From the IMG/VR virus record IMGVR_UViG_2541047913_000006: a stretch of 42,832 nucleotides of DNA; one strand, given 5' to 3'. Within the stretch, counting starts at the first letter, position 1. Every line of letters begins with the position of its first letter. Source of the stretch: a virus. Lineage: Duplodnaviria; Heunggongvirae; Uroviricota; Caudoviricetes. The translations under genes and the position numbers were made by a program. The notes under the pieces are model-generated. The model was not told the DNA's origin, made no database searches, and saw nothing but the letters and a program-made list of their open reading frames with translations. Positions 1 to 9,789 of this stretch are shown in pieces.

Positions 1-1236
1 CTACGATAACCGCGCATTCAACATGGCTATCTGTTCGTCGTTCATGTCATCAATCCACATACCGTAAATTTCATACACCATCTGCGCAGTTTCATGCCCC
101 ATTTGGCTGGCTATAAATGCCGGGTTCGCTCCTGCCGTCAACAGCCAGCAGGCAAAAGTATGCCGCGTATGGTACGGATTACGGCGGCGAATACCAGCAC
201 GTTTTACTGCTGCATTCCACCTTGCCCCCAAACTGCTTACCGAGTAATAAGGTTTTTGTTTTCCGTTACACACCCTGGGCATGAAAACAAAATGCAGTTT
301 TTGCTTTTCGGTTCTGCCGTACTCCCGATGATAAAAGGTGATTTCGCTTTTGCGATGATGCCCGGTCAGTTTGTATTGCTCCTTCAGTGCTTCAAGAGCA
401 GGCTGCAGTAGTGTTACTGTTCGGATCCCGGCATTTGTTTTTGGGGGACCGAACATATCAAGTATCGTCAGGTTTCTTCTGACATTCACTATTCCCTTTT
501 CGAGATCCACATCCTCCCACGCCAGAGCTGCCAGTTCCCCGTGACGAAGTCCTGAGTAAACGGCAAATTTCCACAAGTTCTGGCTCTGTCCTTTTTCACT
601 TTCCATTAATGCATTGAATTCTGTTTTAGATAACGGATCAGGCTTTATTCTGTTTCGCTGTAATTTTTTTACTCCTTCAAATGGTTTGGTTGATATAAAT
701 CCCGACTGATACGCAAAACGCAACAGCGAACAGAGCAGGGCGATATAGTTATCAACTGTGCGCACGGTTCTTCCTTTTTTGTTGGATCTTGGATTATCCA
801 GGTAAAGCGTTTCTCCATGCAGCAGTTCATTCCGGTAGTTTAAGATATCGCTATAACGAATATGTGATATCGGGGTACTTTCACAAATTATTATTCTGAG
901 TGTTTTTAATTGTGATTTCGTTTTCTTCATTGTGTTTGTTGTTAACTCTGTCTCTTTAATTTTTGTCCAGATATCACAAAGCTCTCCGAACGTTTTTATG
1001 ACTCTCGTTGTCACCATTTTTGCCCCAGTGCTGGACTGGGGAAAACGTCTTAAATACTCAAATTCACCGGAGTTTATTTCATGAACTATCAGCGATCTTA
1101 AATTTCCGGCCTTTTTAATATTACTGTTTGTAATCTCCCAGCCTTTTAATGTTTCCCGACATCGTTTTCCTCGAAACATGAACCAGATGCGAATGTATCT
1201 ACCTCTAATCTCGACACCTGTTGGTAATTTAGACAT
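1..1236 (-). CDS. intR: Phage integrase, tyrosine recombinase (Rac-type)
   Basis: 411-aa ORF from track; N-terminus MSKLPTGVEIRGRYIRIWF and C-terminal R..HTRH..Y catalytic region match Rac IntR as I recall it; ATG at 1234-1236, stop at 1-3. Confidence 0.9.
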   Translation of the reverse strand: MSKLPTGVEIRGRYIRIWFMFRGKRCRETLKGWEITNSNIKKAGNLRSLIVHEINSGEFEYLRRFPQSSTGAKMVTTRVIKTFGELCDIWTKIKETELTTNTMKKTKSQLKTLRIIICESTPISHIRYSDILNYRNELLHGETLYLDNPRSNKKGRTVRTVDNYIALLCSLLRFAYQSGFISTKPFEGVKKLQRNRIKPDPLSKTEFNALMESEKGQSQNLWKFAVYSGLRHGELAALAWEDVDLEKGIVNVRRNLTILDMFGPPKTNAGIRTVTLLQPALEALKEQYKLTGHHRKSEITFYHREYGRTEKQKLHFVFMPRVCNGKQKPYYSVSSLGARWNAAVKRAGIRRRNPYHTRHTFACWLLTAGANPAFIASQMGHETAQMVYEIYGMWIDDMNDEQIAMLNARLS

Positions 1237-1237
1237 A

Positions 1238-1453
1238 TCATGAGTCTTTGATAAACTGATTTATCTTTGGATAGTTGTACCAGATAATCCCTCGTTTGCT
1301 GTCTGGCTTACCTAAAGGAGATACTCGTTTGAAGTGGAAGCCCTCCACCCAACAGTTCTGGCGGTATGCTTCAATTTGTCTGGCCCCCAGACCAGTGCGA
1401 AGCATCAGGCCGTATTCAACCATCCACTCTTCATTAAAGATTACTTGTGCCAT
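1238..1453 (-). CDS. xisR: Excisionase (71 aa)
   Basis: Internal Met [15 protein letters not shown] of the 79-aa track ORF gives the 71-aa YdaQ/XisR-like protein directly upstream of int. Confidence 0.75.
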   Translation of the reverse strand: MAQVIFNEEWMVEYGLMLRTGLGARQIEAYRQNCWVEGFHFKRVSPLGKPDSKRGIIWYNYPKINQFIKDS

Positions 1454-1531
1454 CGCATCACCTCTGGCAGGCGCCAATGTTAGACTGAAATTGACGCCCG
1501 ATGTTGATTATTAATAATCAGCTATGAAGTT

Positions 1532-1741
1532 TTAATTTGAATACAATGCAATTCTCGAGGACTGAAGTTTCTCGCAATTAAAATTTATCAGTTTTACTTT
1601 CTGCTCTCTGGAAACGCCTGCTTCTTTTTTACCTGAGAGCATTTTTTCGCATTCTGATTTCGTTAGTTTAGATTTTGAATATCTTGTCCAGTTAGTAGAA
1701 GTGCCACCTTCCTTTTCAATAGTGGCGGTAATTTTATACAT
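1532..1741 (-). CDS. ydaC: Small Rac prophage protein YdaC (69 aa)
   Basis: Internal start MYKITATIEKEGG within the 93-aa track ORF; synteny between xis and ralR; 8-nt overlap with ralR. Confidence 0.65.
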   Translation of the reverse strand: MYKITATIEKEGGTSTNWTRYSKSKLTKSECEKMLSGKKEAGVSREQKVKLINFNCEKLQSSRIALYSN

Positions 1742-1928
1742 GAACACCTCCATTATTATTTCCAGTGGTTCGTTTATTCCATCTTTCGAGTGCTTCTTTT
1801 TCACTTCCACCATAACCGGTTCGGGATTCGCATCCGTTACACTTCGCTCGGTAATATCCTGAAATGGCTTTCACCGTTACTGATGGACAACCACAAAATG
1901 GACATGGTTTAACATTGTCATATCTCAT
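1734..1928 (-). CDS. ralR: RalR restriction-alleviation protein / type I toxin (64 aa)
   Basis: MRYDNVKPCPFCGCPSVTVK...NGGVHV; Cys-rich small protein matching RalR as I recall it; start taken at internal Met of the 77-aa track ORF. Confidence 0.8.
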   Translation of the reverse strand: MRYDNVKPCPFCGCPSVTVKAISGYYRAKCNGCESRTGYGGSEKEALERWNKRTTGNNNGGVHV

Positions 1929-1984
1929 AATTTTTCTCATAAAAAATATTTCAAGTTGGCGGTGCATTACACCGCCAGGCTGAA

Positions 1985-2794
1985 TTATTCCTCTGAATTA
2001 TCGATTACACTGTATTCCCCGGTTAATACAGAGGAATCTGCAGGATCGATTGTCAGTGGTTCCTTTTCATCCATTGATACTGCACGCTGGATCTCAATTG
2101 ATACGGGCAGATATTTGAACAGGCGACGAATAGCCGTTTTCTTTGCCATTTCTTCCCAGTGAGTTACCCACGGCCCGTTATTACCAGCTTTACTCAGGCT
2201 GCGCACCAGCTCAATCTGTTTGCGCGTCATAACTTCAAACTGAGTACCTCCGTCTTTCAGTCTTGCGACAGCATAGACGTGGGTAACCGGGGCATCTTCG
2301 TTTTCTCCCGGGCGGTGTATTAACTTTTCATCAAGGCCAAATTCGAAGCTAAACTCGTCACCTTCACGGACAACACGGGCTGACAGGCTGGCGATTTGAC
2401 CAGAACGGCGAGCCAGATCAATCATGCCGCGATAGCCAATGATTAGCTGAACGTTCTTTTTACCGCTCTTTTCGTTTTTATTACCAAAAGGCAGTAAATA
2501 TGCATGACCGAGGGCGCTACCTGGCTCAAGTCCGAGCTGTGAACACTGTACGATCGCACTGACAAAACTCATAGTGTCACAGTTTCCTAACGCCGGAACT
2601 TTACGAATTTCTGTGGTGGCGATACGGATCATACGTTCAGCCGTCATATGGCGTGGAAGAGCTGCTGCCAGTTGCTCTTTCATTGATGGCTGGTTAATAA
2701 AACTAATCACGTCGCTATTTTTAACTGCTGCTGGTGCACGGTTTCCCTGAGTTTTTTGCAGATCGGCTTTTGCGATTGGTGGTTGCTTAGTCAT
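1985..2794 (-). CDS. recT: RecT single-strand annealing protein (269 aa)
   Basis: Translation from ATG 2792-2794 begins [21 protein letters not shown]; 8-nt overlap with recE stop, the classic recE/recT arrangement. Confidence 0.9.
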   Translation of the reverse strand: MTKQPPIAKADLQKTQGNRAPAAVKNSDVISFINQPSMKEQLAAALPRHMTAERMIRIATTEIRKVPALGNCDTMSFVSAIVQCSQLGLEPGSALGHAYLLPFGNKNEKSGKKNVQLIIGYRGMIDLARRSGQIASLSARVVREGDEFSFEFGLDEKLIHRPGENEDAPVTHVYAVARLKDGGTQFEVMTRKQIELVRSLSKAGNNGPWVTHWEEMAKKTAIRRLFKYLPVSIEIQRAVSMDEKEPLTIDPADSSVLTGEYSVIDNSEE

Positions 2795-5387
2795 TTGCAT
2801 ATTCCTTAGCCCAGCGGGGCAGTGATAATGTCTTAATAGCTGGCCATTCATCGGTATTCAGGCAGTCAGACAGGGTTCGCAGATTGCGGTGATATTCCTG
2901 TTGACCTGCCAGTTTTGCTTCTTCGCCCATCATGAAAATTTCAACCGGATAACGTCCGCATTCAATAGTTGTGCTGGCAACCAGAAAAACGAAAGTTGGC
3001 TGCACTCCAAACTGTGCTTCATAACCGTCACTGTAGAATGCATCCTGAACGTGATAGCGGTAGTCGTAATAAGCGGTTTTGAATCGTTGAATATCCGCCG
3101 TAGTTTTCACGTCCATGATCCAGTGAAATTCAGGGATAATTTTGTCCGGACGGCACCGACACAAAATTCCTGTTTCAGGATCTTCCCAGTAAATTGATGA
3201 TTCAGCGTGTCCGGCGCTTTCAACAAGCCATTGCCCCAGCGGCAAAGCCATAACGCTTTGATACATGAGTTCAATTTTCCGGCCTTCTTCCGCAGTGATA
3301 ACCGTTTTTCCTGTGCTTGCGCATTCCATCAGAAACGCTTTCTCTTCTTCTTTTCCGGCGTTTGTACGGCGGTTAAATTCAGGTGCTACGATAAAGCGGT
3401 TACTGAATTCTTCCTGTTCAAGTACCCGGCAGTGGAAAGCAGTTCCTAAATCGAGCGTTTTTGTCTTTGTGGTGTCCACGGGGGCATTTTTACGCCACAA
3501 ATATAGTGCCGGAGTATCAGCAATGTCATCGAGCTGAGACTTACTGATACCGGGACCCGCGTGGTAATTCTCATTCGAAATTCCGTAATAAATACCTGGC
3601 TCTATGTCTTCTACGATTACGGGATCTGCGACTTCGCCAGTTTCATCACTGCAATCGCGATGCGGATCGCTGCCAGCATTCTCATTGTGCGGATGTTCAG
3701 CGCCTTCCATTTCCTCCGGATCATTTTCCTTAGCTTCAACCTGACTCTCTTCATCGAATGTTTCCTGGTATGTTGCGTCGCCCATCACCGCACCACAGTC
3801 AGGGCAGTTATCCCCGCCAGTCTGGCCGCAGGCATTGCAGGCTATTTCCGGTTCCTGTTGCACTACTGGCTCAGGTTGATTCATATCCGGGCTGGTTTTT
3901 TCCGTTTCTGGCTGGTTCTGGTACACACAATCGCGAGTCTGGATCCCCTTTACCCATTTCGGATCGTTCGGGTCGCTAATTCCGTCAACAAATTCACCAC
4001 GTGATGCAGCAAGCAATTTATCGGCATCGACAGGATTTTTTGATGGAATGTTTTTCCGGGCTTCATGGAGTTCTGCCCGCAGTTCCTGATATTTCGCATC
4101 AACAGAATTTACCTGTGACTGAGCATCCAGCGGCTGCGTGTCCTGATGATGTTCAGTTGCGTCCTGTTCCATTGTTTCAGCCTCTCCCTGTTCAACTGCC
4201 GTTGTTCCAGATGGTTGCGGTTTTTCTTCATCATCCTGTTTTCCTTCTTCTGTTACTCGCTGCGGCATCGGGGCAGAGGAGCGACCGCAGGCAATATCCA
4301 CGATTTCCGGATCAGGGTTGGCATGATCGGTTTCAGTCAGTACTTTGTTCAGATATTCAGTGACGTGCGCGGGGATGACCTCGATCCCAATTGGTGCTTC
4401 TTTTACGGACGCAACCACGATGGCGCGGGAATAATCCAGCCCGCCAGGCATGGTGATGAATTTGTCGCGGAAAACAGAAAAGGGCGGTTTATTTTCAGCG
4501 ATAATTTCCTCAATGCGTTTAGCGTGTGCCGGATGAAGGTTATAGATGTCCAGATCCATTGAACGGGCCAGTACGCCAGTGGCTACGTCGCGCGCCAGTG
4601 ACGTCAGATCGTGTACGAAACCTTCGCCGCGATCGGTGAGGTTTCCGCCGCCAGCATTAGCACCGGAAGCCGTGCGAGTGATGTGTGAAACACGATTACC
4701 CTTCATCCACTCTTTTGTCAGCAGTCCTCGATCGGTGTAGTCAGCGTTCAGGTATGCTTCGAAAAAAGCAGTTATCAGTCCCAGGTTTGAATTACCAGGA
4801 TTAGGGAAAACTTTGTCAGTGTCACGAACCAGTTTGTGGAGTTCGCGAATTTCCAGCGGGTCGAGCAGGCTGGTTTTGTGGGAAACAGCCAGGGCAGTAA
4901 CAGCCGGTAGTTCTTCAGCCCGAGCAATGTGTAATGCCTGGAGTCCGTCGCGTGAAACGTGCGTTACCGGTTTTTCGCTGCCGTGTTGAGCAAGCCAACG
5001 AATGGGCAGTTCCTGGCCAGAAATTGGGAGTAGCATATTCTCCTCAATCTCAGTCATGTCTTCGCCGTTGACGTTGGTATTGCCTTGATAGTGAGCGTTG
5101 TCTGGTGCTGCTCCCGGTTTTAGTTCCCATGTCATGGAGTCTTTGCTGAGTTGATAGCGTTCACTCCAGGTAAAATCGATCTCACCTTCAGCGGGCAGGT
5201 CATTAACGACAGGAAAATTCGTGGCAACAGCTTTAAAATAGCTGCTCAGTTTTTTACCTGACTTAACGATCAGGTAGTCCAGAGTGGCACAGGTCGATTC
5301 AAAATCGTTGCTTGCCCACAGGACGACGTCAGGTTCACCGGATGATTTTTTCGCTTTCCGTAACAGGAAGAGTGGTTTTGTGCTCAT
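2787..5387 (-). CDS. recE: Exodeoxyribonuclease VIII RecE (866 aa)
   Basis: 866-aa [23 protein letters not shown]...; acidic central region and C-terminal nuclease domain; length and sequence match RecE as I recall it. Confidence 0.9.
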   Translation of the reverse strand: MSTKPLFLLRKAKKSSGEPDVVLWASNDFESTCATLDYLIVKSGKKLSSYFKAVATNFPVVNDLPAEGEIDFTWSERYQLSKDSMTWELKPGAAPDNAHYQGNTNVNGEDMTEIEENMLLPISGQELPIRWLAQHGSEKPVTHVSRDGLQALHIARAEELPAVTALAVSHKTSLLDPLEIRELHKLVRDTDKVFPNPGNSNLGLITAFFEAYLNADYTDRGLLTKEWMKGNRVSHITRTASGANAGGGNLTDRGEGFVHDLTSLARDVATGVLARSMDLDIYNLHPAHAKRIEEIIAENKPPFSVFRDKFITMPGGLDYSRAIVVASVKEAPIGIEVIPAHVTEYLNKVLTETDHANPDPEIVDIACGRSSAPMPQRVTEEGKQDDEEKPQPSGTTAVEQGEAETMEQDATEHHQDTQPLDAQSQVNSVDAKYQELRAELHEARKNIPSKNPVDADKLLAASRGEFVDGISDPNDPKWVKGIQTRDCVYQNQPETEKTSPDMNQPEPVVQQEPEIACNACGQTGGDNCPDCGAVMGDATYQETFDEESQVEAKENDPEEMEGAEHPHNENAGSDPHRDCSDETGEVADPVIVEDIEPGIYYGISNENYHAGPGISKSQLDDIADTPALYLWRKNAPVDTTKTKTLDLGTAFHCRVLEQEEFSNRFIVAPEFNRRTNAGKEEEKAFLMECASTGKTVITAEEGRKIELMYQSVMALPLGQWLVESAGHAESSIYWEDPETGILCRCRPDKIIPEFHWIMDVKTTADIQRFKTAYYDYRYHVQDAFYSDGYEAQFGVQPTFVFLVASTTIECGRYPVEIFMMGEEAKLAGQQEYHRNLRTLSDCLNTDEWPAIKTLSLPRWAKEYAND

Positions 5388-5488
5388 TGTTTTTTAACCT
5401 CAACTCAGATTAAAATTCGTTTTGTTCAGTGAATGATCTTGCCGGATACACACTGTTCATAGCCTGCGTCATACGCAGGCTATTTCTT

Positions 5489-5764
5489 TCAGATTTCACC
5501 TTTTAATTTCATTGCAATTAGAGTTGCCAGAAATTCGGCTTTTTTTTCTGTGGGCAGATTCTTTCCGATATGCACCAGGCACATTTTTTTGACACCTTCA
5601 TCAAGTGTTTTTACGTTGCCTGATGGACCATCGATATCAACCACAGTGAATGGGGTTTCTTTATTTTCTGTTTTAATTACGTAGCCAATGCGCTTTCCTT
5701 CCAGATTCACCTCGTGAACAATGTCATCGGTAGTTACAACAGTGGCTTCATAATTGGTAATCAT
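5489..5764 (-). CDS. racC: RacC protein (91 aa)
   Basis: Internal start MITNYEATVVTTDD of the 107-aa track ORF; position immediately upstream of recE. Confidence 0.7.
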   Translation of the reverse strand: MITNYEATVVTTDDIVHEVNLEGKRIGYVIKTENKETPFTVVDIDGPSGNVKTLDEGVKKMCLVHIGKNLPTEKKAEFLATLIAMKLKGEI

Positions 5765-5838
5765 GTTTTTCTCCTTAATTAAGGTTGAGCGAATACCTGC
5801 CATTTCTGGCATAAATTCAGTTTCGAATAGTCAATTAA

Positions 5839-6009
5839 TTAAAGTTCATGTGCCATCTGGTCTTTTTCGGCACAAGCTTCACTGCAATATTTTCTCGGTT
5901 CGTCTTTTGATAAAATCCCGTGCATGAAGTGAAGCATTCTTTCAATAGCTTTGCTTTCTTCAACGTCTTTTTTGCAAAGGTGGTAAGCACATTTTATTTT
6001 CTTAGTCAT
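5839..6009 (-). CDS. ydaE: Small Cys-rich protein YdaE (56 aa)
   Basis: Not in ORF track (<60 aa); my translation of the reverse complement gives [56 protein letters not shown]; ATGA overlap with kilR stop. Confidence 0.65.
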   Translation of the reverse strand: MTKKIKCAYHLCKKDVEESKAIERMLHFMHGILSKDEPRKYCSEACAEKDQMAHEL

Positions 6010-6230
6010 CACCATGACTCCGCCTTTACAGGTAAACCATCACGACCGAGGAAGACTTTAATCATGCGGTCAGTAATGCATGTTTTTGTGGTCAGGTTAC
6101 GAATATATAGTTTTCGCTTTTTAATATTGTTTGCCGAGGCAATATATGTCCGGCCTTCATGAAGAACATAATCGCCAGGAGTCACACACTGACGTGGTAT
6201 TTCATCAGTTCCGAAGTGATGTGCAATCAT
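6009..6230 (-). CDS. kilR: KilR, FtsZ-inhibiting killing protein (73 aa)
   Basis: [38 protein letters not shown]... matches KilR as I recall it; start at ATG 6228-6230. Confidence 0.85.
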   Translation of the reverse strand: MIAHHFGTDEIPRQCVTPGDYVLHEGRTYIASANNIKKRKLYIRNLTTKTCITDRMIKVFLGRDGLPVKAESW

Positions 6231-6671
6231 AATTATCTCCATTTTTACAAATGAACTTTGTTGATGCGGTGCCTGGTGCCTCCAGGTGACTGCAACCAGT
6301 TAACAATTACAGTCGGCTTTCCCACCCAAACCAATAAGGACTAACATGACTTTTAACTGTGCCACGTGCGCTTAGCCGCATTCACCGCATCACAAAATTC
6401 ACTTTAAAAAGGGCGGACATCAGCCGAACTTCAAGAAAAAAACTGATGCCGCCAGGACTACACACAGCAATGTCGTTATTTACAACCGGAGGCGCACTCC
6501 CACCATTTAAATTTAACAGACAAGACCGACTCTTTATGGATATCGGAAATGCGCCTTCGTGTTGTGCCCGGTTTTATTTCACCACCTCCGGGCTTCGGTG
6601 GTCTCGGCTATACCCCTACAGCGAGAGCTTGTGTTAACATTTCAATACCCTTACAGTTGAGAGTTATTGAT

Positions 6672-7160
6672 ATGTTGGATGTATTTACTCCATTGTTGAA
6701 ATTTTTTGCTAACGAGCCACTCGAAAGACTTATGTATACGATTATCATTTTTGGTCTCACTCTCTGGCTGATACCGAAAGAGTTTACTGTCGCATTCAAT
6801 GCTTATACTGAAATACCTTGGCTCTTTCAGATTATCGTTTTTGCCTTTTCTTTCGTGGTCGCCATTTCCTTCTCAAGATTGCGAGCGCATATTCAAAAGC
6901 ATTATTCATTACTACCAGAGCAACGAGTATTGCTTCGTTTATCTGAGAAAGAAATCGCTGTATTTAAAGATTTCCTTAAAACAGGAAATCTTATTATCAC
7001 TTCTCCTTGCCGTAACCCGGTTATGAAAAAATTAGAACGGAAGGGCATCATTCAACATCAGAGTGATAGCGCAAACTGTTCTTATTATCTCGTCACCGAA
7101 AAATACTCCCATTTTATGAAGTTATTCTGGAACAGCAGGAGTAGACGTTTTAATCGTTAG
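6672..7160 (+). CDS. sieB: Superinfection exclusion protein SieB-like (162 aa, membrane)
   Basis: Internal start MLDVFTPLLKFFANEPLERLMYTIIIFGLTLWLIP; hydrophobic N-terminal helices; position between kil and repressor as in lambda/Rac. Confidence 0.7.
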   Translation: MLDVFTPLLKFFANEPLERLMYTIIIFGLTLWLIPKEFTVAFNAYTEIPWLFQIIVFAFSFVVAISFSRLRAHIQKHYSLLPEQRVLLRLSEKEIAVFKDFLKTGNLIITSPCRNPVMKKLERKGIIQHQSDSANCSYYLVTEKYSHFMKLFWNSRSRRFNR

Positions 7161-7312
7161 CTTACTGTGTGCTTCTCCAACCATCGGCGCGCACCAGTTT
7201 CGGTTTTAAATGTTTTGCTTTTGGTATACGTCATGGCAGTGAACGTTCCATCCTGGTTGGGGAACACGCCGCACACCAGGGATTCGTTGTTGCCGAGGTC
7301 GATTTTTTGCAT
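7157..7312 (-). CDS. ydaF: Small protein YdaF (51 aa)
   Basis: My translation: MQKIDLGNNESLVCGVFPNQDGTFTAMTYTKSKTFKTETGARRWLEKHTVS; synteny with K-12 Rac. Confidence 0.5.
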   Translation of the reverse strand: MQKIDLGNNESLVCGVFPNQDGTFTAMTYTKSKTFKTETGARRWLEKHTVS

Positions 7313-7322
7313 TTTGCGAATC

Positions 7323-7457
7323 TCACATCTTGTTGCTACGTATAGCGACTTCTGCCTGCCAGAGATCCCAGTCGTTGCTGCGTAAAGCCTGCACAGCCTG
7401 GTTGTAAGTGATACCGCAACAATCCATCAAATACTGAACTACTTCGTAATGCACCAT
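7323..7457 (-). CDS. ydaG: Small protein YdaG (44 aa)
   Basis: My translation: MVHYEVVQYLMDCCGITYNQAVQALRSNDWDLWQAEVAIRSNKM; adjacent to ydaF on same strand. Confidence 0.5.
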   Translation of the reverse strand: MVHYEVVQYLMDCCGITYNQAVQALRSNDWDLWQAEVAIRSNKM

Positions 7458-7744
7458 CTTATCTATCCCCTTAACGCCGGGTGGCGGAACTAACTGCTGC
7501 ACTGCAAAATTTGAATCCCGCCGTCATGTTCATACGCCTCGGGCTGGCTACTTAACCCCTGACCACTGCCTGGTAACTCGAAGTATTGCCCGGCGTTCTG
7601 TGGGGCGGGGTGGGTTGGTAGGTATATAATGTACTTTGTGTTCATCATTGTAAAGTACTTTAAGTACATTTTATGTATAAAAAAATGAGACGGGATAAAG
7701 TGAAGCACAAACCCGGAGGGGGACGCTACCGGATTTATGCTGGT

Positions 7745-8164
7745 TTAAGAGGCTTTTTGTTTTTTCTTTCGTGCTAACTCTTCGTAAATTGCATTGTACT
7801 TCTGTTTTTTCTCCTCAAGAGTTTTTAAAAGTTCATCTGTCTCACTGTCAGGGAGCTCGTCCAGAAGGTCAATGATGATTTTTTGTCTTGGATTTAACTC
7901 CTGATAGAAACGTATCTGTCCACTTTCTTCTGTATCCTCTCCCAAAAGATAGGTTGGTGTTGTTCCAATGAGTGTTGCTAATTCCCTTAATTTCTCTCGG
8001 CGAGGAATTGTTTCACCATTAAACCATTTGCTAACCGCTTTTGGTGTTAATTTCATTCGACGGGCAATTTCTGCCTGCCTTCCATGTTGTTCATAACCAG
8101 CGTTTTCACAGGCTAGCGCAAGCCTACTGGCGAACTCTTTACGCGCTTTATCTTCATGAACCAT
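7745..8164 (-). CDS. racR: Prophage repressor, HTH XRE family (RacR-like)
   Basis: 139-aa ORF with N-terminal HTH (GRQAEIARRMKLTPKAVSKWFNGE); divergent from ydaS/ydaT, typical immunity-region layout. Confidence 0.8.
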   Translation of the reverse strand: MVHEDKARKEFASRLALACENAGYEQHGRQAEIARRMKLTPKAVSKWFNGETIPRREKLRELATLIGTTPTYLLGEDTEESGQIRFYQELNPRQKIIIDLLDELPDSETDELLKTLEEKKQKYNAIYEELARKKKQKAS

Positions 8165-8243
8165 AAGTTCAATGATATTCGCTCTTGAATGTACTGTCAG
8201 TTCTGTTATAGCATGTACTCAAAGTTCACATTGTGAGGGTGAT
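8165..8243. promoter_or_regulatory. Divergent promoter/operator region between racR and ydaS
   Basis: 79-bp intergenic region with symmetric motif arrangement: AAGTTCA (8165-8171), ATGTACT (8189-8195), ATGTACT (8213-8219), AAGTTCA (8222-8228). Confidence 0.5.
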
Positions 8244-8498
8244 ATGAACCAGAAAACACTTGAAGATGTAATCAAAACTGTTCGCGTTTCTGTTGTGGCC
8301 GACGTTTGTGGTGTCAGCCAAAGAGCAATCTACAAATGGATGGATAACGGAAAATTGCCTCGCACAGAATATACCGGCGAAACAAATTACGCTGAAAAAA
8401 TCGCTCATGCATCAAACGGATTATTTTCTGCCGATGCAATTTTAACTATTGGCAGAAATAAAACTACTACGAAAAAGCTGATGGGAGTTGATTCATGA
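8244..8498 (+). CDS. ydaS: Cro-like HTH protein YdaS
   Basis: HTH (VSQRAIYKWMDNGKLP); start placed at ATG 8244 (RBS GAGGGTGA upstream) rather than track start 8172, which would sit 7 bp from the racR start. Confidence 0.65.
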   Translation: MNQKTLEDVIKTVRVSVVADVCGVSQRAIYKWMDNGKLPRTEYTGETNYAEKIAHASNGLFSADAILTIGRNKTTTKKLMGVDS

Positions 8499-8917
8499 AA
8501 ATCAAGCATGAGCACATCGAATCAGTGTTGTTAGCCCTGGCAGCCGAAAAAGGGCAGGCGTGGGTCGCTAACGCAATTACTGAAGAATATCTGCGCCAGG
8601 GGGGCGGCGAATTGCCCCTGGTACCAGGCAAGGACTGGAACAATCAGCAGAATATCTATCATCGTTGGTTGAAAGGTGAAACGAATGCGCAAAGGGAAAA
8701 AATTCAGAAACTGATCCCTGCGGTTCTGGCAATTCTTCCTCGCGAGCTGCGTCACCGACTCTGCATCTTCGATACCCTGGAACGCCGTGCATTACTGGCG
8801 GCACAGGATGCACTGAGTACGGCAATTGATGCGCATGATGATGCAGTCCAGGCCGTTTACCGTAAAGCACATTTCAGCGGCGGCGGTTCTCCTAGCGATT
8901 CTGTCGTAGTGCATTGA
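8495..8917 (+). CDS. ydaT: YdaT, CII-like regulator/toxin of Rac (140 aa)
   Basis: MKIKHEHIESVLLALAAEKGQAWV...; ATGA overlap with ydaS stop, indicating translational coupling. Confidence 0.8.
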   Translation: MKIKHEHIESVLLALAAEKGQAWVANAITEEYLRQGGGELPLVPGKDWNNQQNIYHRWLKGETNAQREKIQKLIPAVLAILPRELRHRLCIFDTLERRALLAAQDALSTAIDAHDDAVQAVYRKAHFSGGGSPSDSVVVH

Positions 8918-8994
8918 TTGAAATTAATCGTACCGAACTGTTTTGTTCGGTATCAGTTAAATGTAACGCTGCGAGCGTTACAAGGTGAAAACAA

Positions 8995-9783
8995 ATGGCT
9001 TCAAACTGGATAAAGCTCGAAGTTATTACGCCGGATAAGCCGGAAATATTCAGGCTTGCTGAGATTCTGAATATTGATCCAGATGCCGCATTAGGGAAAG
9101 TCATTCGCTTCTGGGCATGGGCGGATCAACAAATGATAGACGGTAACGCAGAGTGTAACGCTCGCGGCGTTACAAAAAGTGCAATAGATCGCATCACTTT
9201 TATGGCTGGTTTTGCTGATGCGTTAATTCAGGTTGGATGGCTGGTCGAAACTAATGGTGTGTTGTCGCTTCCTAACTTTGAGCGCCATAACGGGAAAAGC
9301 TCTAAAAAACGGGCGGTTACAAACGAGAGAGTAACAAAAATACGAGAACTGAAACGAAAAGGTAACGCTGCCAGCGTTACAAAAACGGATCAAAAAGCGT
9401 TACCAGAGGAAGAGAAAGAGGAAGATATAAATACTTATCTCCCCCTAAATCCCCCTCGCCAAAAACGAGCGTCTAAAAAATTCGAACCGGAGGCTATCGA
9501 GCTGCCTGACTGGTTGCCGGAAACACTCTGGCATGAGTGGGTTCAGTTCAGGCAGGCATTGCGAAAACCGATTCGAACGGAGCAGGGCGCTAACGGGGCG
9601 ATACGGGAGCTGGAAAAATTCCGCCAGCAGGGTTTTTCACCTGAGCAGGTGATTCGACACAGCATCGCCAACGAATACCAGGGCTTGTTCGCGCCGAAAG
9701 GTGTTCGACCTGAGACGTTACTCCGACAGGTTAACACCGTCTCGTTACCGGATAGTGCGATCCCGCCAGGCTTCAGGGGGTAA
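8995..9783 (+). CDS. ydaU: Phage replication initiation protein (YdaU-like, O-like)
   Basis: 262-aa ORF directly upstream of the DnaC-like loader; contains and is preceded by 19-bp palindromic repeats (candidate origin/iterons). Confidence 0.65.
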   Translation: MASNWIKLEVITPDKPEIFRLAEILNIDPDAALGKVIRFWAWADQQMIDGNAECNARGVTKSAIDRITFMAGFADALIQVGWLVETNGVLSLPNFERHNGKSSKKRAVTNERVTKIRELKRKGNAASVTKTDQKALPEEEKEEDINTYLPLNPPRQKRASKKFEPEAIELPDWLPETLWHEWVQFRQALRKPIRTEQGANGAIRELEKFRQQGFSPEQVIRHSIANEYQGLFAPKGVRPETLLRQVNTVSLPDSAIPPGFRG

Positions 9784-9789
9784 CTGACC

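Noticed and set aside
94-411. 105-aa plus-strand ORF
   Set aside because: Antisense within the integrase gene.
2889-4740. Several 60-150-aa plus-strand ORFs inside recE
   Set aside because: Antisense to the well-supported recE frame; no start context; low-complexity translations.
6549-6671. N-terminal extension of the sieB ORF (track start at 6549)
   Set aside because: The extension encodes a non-hydrophobic leader, and the SieB-like sequence starts at the internal Met at 6672; the upstream part is probably untranslated intergenic sequence.
7490-7708. 72-aa minus-strand ORF between ydaG and racR
   Set aside because: No convincing RBS or protein-like composition; the region is better explained as regulatory (inverted repeat and -10-like element).
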